64,000 nucleotides of DNA from Mobula hypostoma. Taxonomy: Eukaryota. The stretch spans positions 30,072,001 to 30,136,000 of the forward strand of contig NC_086097.1 of the NCBI RefSeq assembly GCF_963921235.1. Reading direction: 5' to 3'. The translations under genes and the position numbers were made by a program. Shown here one piece after another: positions 61,200-64,000 of the stretch (the first letter of the stretch is position 1; the number at the start of each line of letters is the position of its first letter). The notes under the pieces are model-generated. The model made no database searches and was not told the origin of the DNA. It saw only the letters and a list, made by a program, of their open reading frames with translations.

Positions 61200-64000
61200 T
61201 TGTCCGTACCAGGGTCCGGGATGTCTCTGACCGGGTGCACGACGTCCTGGTACGAGAGGGAAAGCAACCAGAAGTTGTGATACATGTTGGTACCAACGAT
61301 ATAGGCAGGAAGAGGAAGTGTGAGTTTCAAGAACCAGGCAGAAGGCTGAAGAACAGGACCTCAAGGGTGGTGTTCTCAGGATTGCTGCCAGTGCTACGTG
61401 ACAGTGATGGTAAGAATTAGAGGAGATAGTAGTTGAATGCGTGGCTGAGGAGTTGGTACAGGGGGCAGGGTTTTAGATTTTTGGATCACTAGGATCTCTT
61501 CTGGGAAAGGTGGGACCTGTACAGATTGGATGGGTTGCACCTGAACTCGAGAGGGAGCAATATCCTTGCAGATAGGTTTGCTAGCATAATTTGGGAGGGT
61601 TTAAACTAATTTGCAAGGGGGATGGGACCTAGAGCGATAGAGCAGTGGAAGAAGTGCATGGAGTAAAGCCAGATCTAACATATAAAGAGGCTTTGAGGAA
61701 ACAGAAGCAGAATAAAGGGTGTAAAGGTAGTAAGGTAAAAGGGCTAAAATGCGTGTACTTCAATGCAAGAAGCATCAGGAACACAGGTGATGAACTGAGA
61801 GCTTGGATACATACATGGAATTATGATGTAGTGGCCATTACAGAGAATTGGCTAGCACCAGGGCAGGAATGGATTCTCAATATTCCTGGATTTCAGTGCT
61901 TTAACAGGGATAAAGAGGGGGGAAAGGGGAGGAGGGGTGGCATTACTGGTCAGGGATACTATTACAGCTACAGAAAGGGTGGGTAATGTAGCACGATTCT
62001 CTTTTGAATCAGTATGGGTGGAAATCAGGAACAGGAAGGGAGCAGTTACTCTATTGGGAGTATTCTATAGGCCCCCTGGTAGCAGCAGAGATACTGAGGA
62101 GCAGCTTGGGAGGCAGATTTTGGAAAGCTGCAAAAATAACAGTGTTGTTATTATAGGTGACTTTAACTTCCCTAATATTGATTGGCACCTGATTAGTTCC
62201 AAGGGTTTGGATGGGGCAGAGTTTGTTAAGTGTGTCCAGGACGGATTCCTGTCACAGTATGTTGACAGGCTGACTAAGGGGAATGCCATACTAGATCTAG
62301 TATTAGGTAATGAACCGGGTCAGGTCCCAGATCTCTCAGTGGGTGAGCATCTGGGGGACAGTGACCACCGCTCCCTGGCCTTTAGCATTATCATGGAAAA
62401 GGATAGAATCAGAGAGGACAGGAAAATTTTTAATTGGGGAAGGGCAAATTATGAGGCTATAAGGCTAGAACTTGCGGGTGTGAATTGGGATGATGTTTTT
62501 GCAGGGAAATGTACTATGGACATGTGGTCGATGTTTGGGGATCTCTTGCAGGATGTTAGGGATAAATTTGTCCCGGTGAGGAAGATAAAGAACGGTACAG
62601 TGAAGGAACCATGGGTGACAAGTGAGGTGGAAAATCTAGTCAGGTGGAAGAAGGCAGCATACATGAGGTTTAGGAAGCAAGGATCAGATGGATCTATTGA
62701 GGAATATAGGGTAGCAAGAAAGAAGCTTAAGAAGGGACTGAGGAGAACAAGAAGGGGACATGAGAAGGCCTGGGCGAGTAGGGTGAAGGAAAACCTCAAG
62801 GCATTCTTCAATTATGTGAAGAACAAAAGGATGACAGGAGTGAAGGTAGGACCCATTAGAGTTAAAGGTGGAAAGATGTGCCTGGAGGCTGTGGTAGTGA
62901 GCGAGGTCCACAATGAATACATCTCTTTGGTATTCAACAATGAGAGGGAACTTGATGGCAGTGAGGACAATATGAGTGAGGTTGATGTTCTGGAGCATGT
63001 TGATATTAAGGGAGAGGAGATGTTGGAGTTGTTAAAATACATTAGGACGGATAAGTCCCCGGGGCCTGACGGAATATTCCCCAGCTGGTCCACGAGGCGA
63101 GGGAAGAGATTGCTGAGCCTCTGTCTAAGATCTTTATGTCCTCGTTGTCCACAGGAACGGTACCGGAGGTTGGGAGGGAAGCGAATGTTGCCCCTTTGTT
63201 CAAAAAAAGGTAGTAGGGATAGTCCGGGTAATTATAGACCAGTGAGCCTTAGGTCTGTGGTGGGAAAACTATTGGAAAAGATTCCTAGAGATAGGATCTG
63301 TGGGCATTTAGAGAATCATGGTCTGATCAGGGACAGTCAGCATGGCTTTGTGAAGGGTAGATCATGTCTAACAAGCCTGATAGAGTTCTTTGAGGAGGTG
63401 ACCAGGCATATAGATGAGGGTAGGGCAGTAGATGTGATCTACATGGATTTTACTAAGGCATTTGACAAGGTTCCACACGGTAGGCTTATTCAGGAAGTCA
63501 GAGGGCATGGGATCCAGGGAAGTTTGGCCAGGTGGATTCAGAATTGGCTTGCCTGCAGAAAGCAGAGGTCGTGGTGTAGGGAGTACATTTGGATTGGAGG
63601 GTTGTGACTAGTGGGGTCCCACAAGGATCGGTTCTGGGACCTCTACTTTTCGTGATTTTTATTAACCACTTGGATGTCGGGGTAGAAGGGTGGGTTGGCA
63701 AGTTTGCAGATGACACAAAGGTTGGTGGTGGTGTGGATAGTGTAGAGGATTATCGAAGATTGCAGAGAGACATTGATAGGATGCAGAAGTGGGCCGAGAA
63801 GTGGCAGATAGAGTTCAACCCGGAGAAGTGTGAGGTGGTACACTTTGGAAGGACAAACTCCAAGGCAGAGTACAAAGTAAATGGTAGGATACTTGGTAGT
63901 GTGGAGAAGCAGAGGGATCTGGGGTTACATGTCCATAAATCCCTGAAAGTTGCCTCACAGGTAGATAGGGTAGTTAAGAAAGCTTACGGGGTGTTAGCTT
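61200..64000 (+). mobile_element. CR1 LINE, 5'-truncated in ORF1, running off the window end
   Basis: IHVGTND; CVYFNARS; 556-aa ORF 61937-63607 with GDFNFP, DSDH, DKSPGPDG, DFTKAFDKVPH. Confidence 0.93.

Overview
Eukaryotic, almost entirely transposon-derived DNA (intron or intergenic). The repeat mix suggests a cartilaginous fish, probably a ray; this is an inference and no search was run. No host gene could be identified. The window is a nested mosaic of: CR1-clade LINEs (SGNH-esterase ORF1 plus APE/RT ORF2; three near-full-length copies and many fragments); Rex1/Babar-like LINEs; an I/Nimb-like LINE 3' end; an IR/DR Tc1 transposon; a solo LTR; tRNA-derived SINEs; and Penelope-like elements (PLEs; RT plus GIY-YIG). 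Two signals stand out. (1) PLE termini carry a minimal type I hammerhead ribozyme (AGTC-CTGAYGA-stem II-GAAACGTC-GACT; 8 copies, 2 with intact cores). They also give rise to ~200-bp TSD-flanked fold-back mini-elements whose turn lies at the ribozyme. (2) All seven CR1 ORF1/ORF2 junctions keep the slippery heptamer T TTA AAC (one copy T TTA AAT) directly before the ORF1 stop. ORF2 lies in the -1 frame with no conserved AUG, which points to -1 ribosomal frameshifting. Boundaries of old fragments are approximate.
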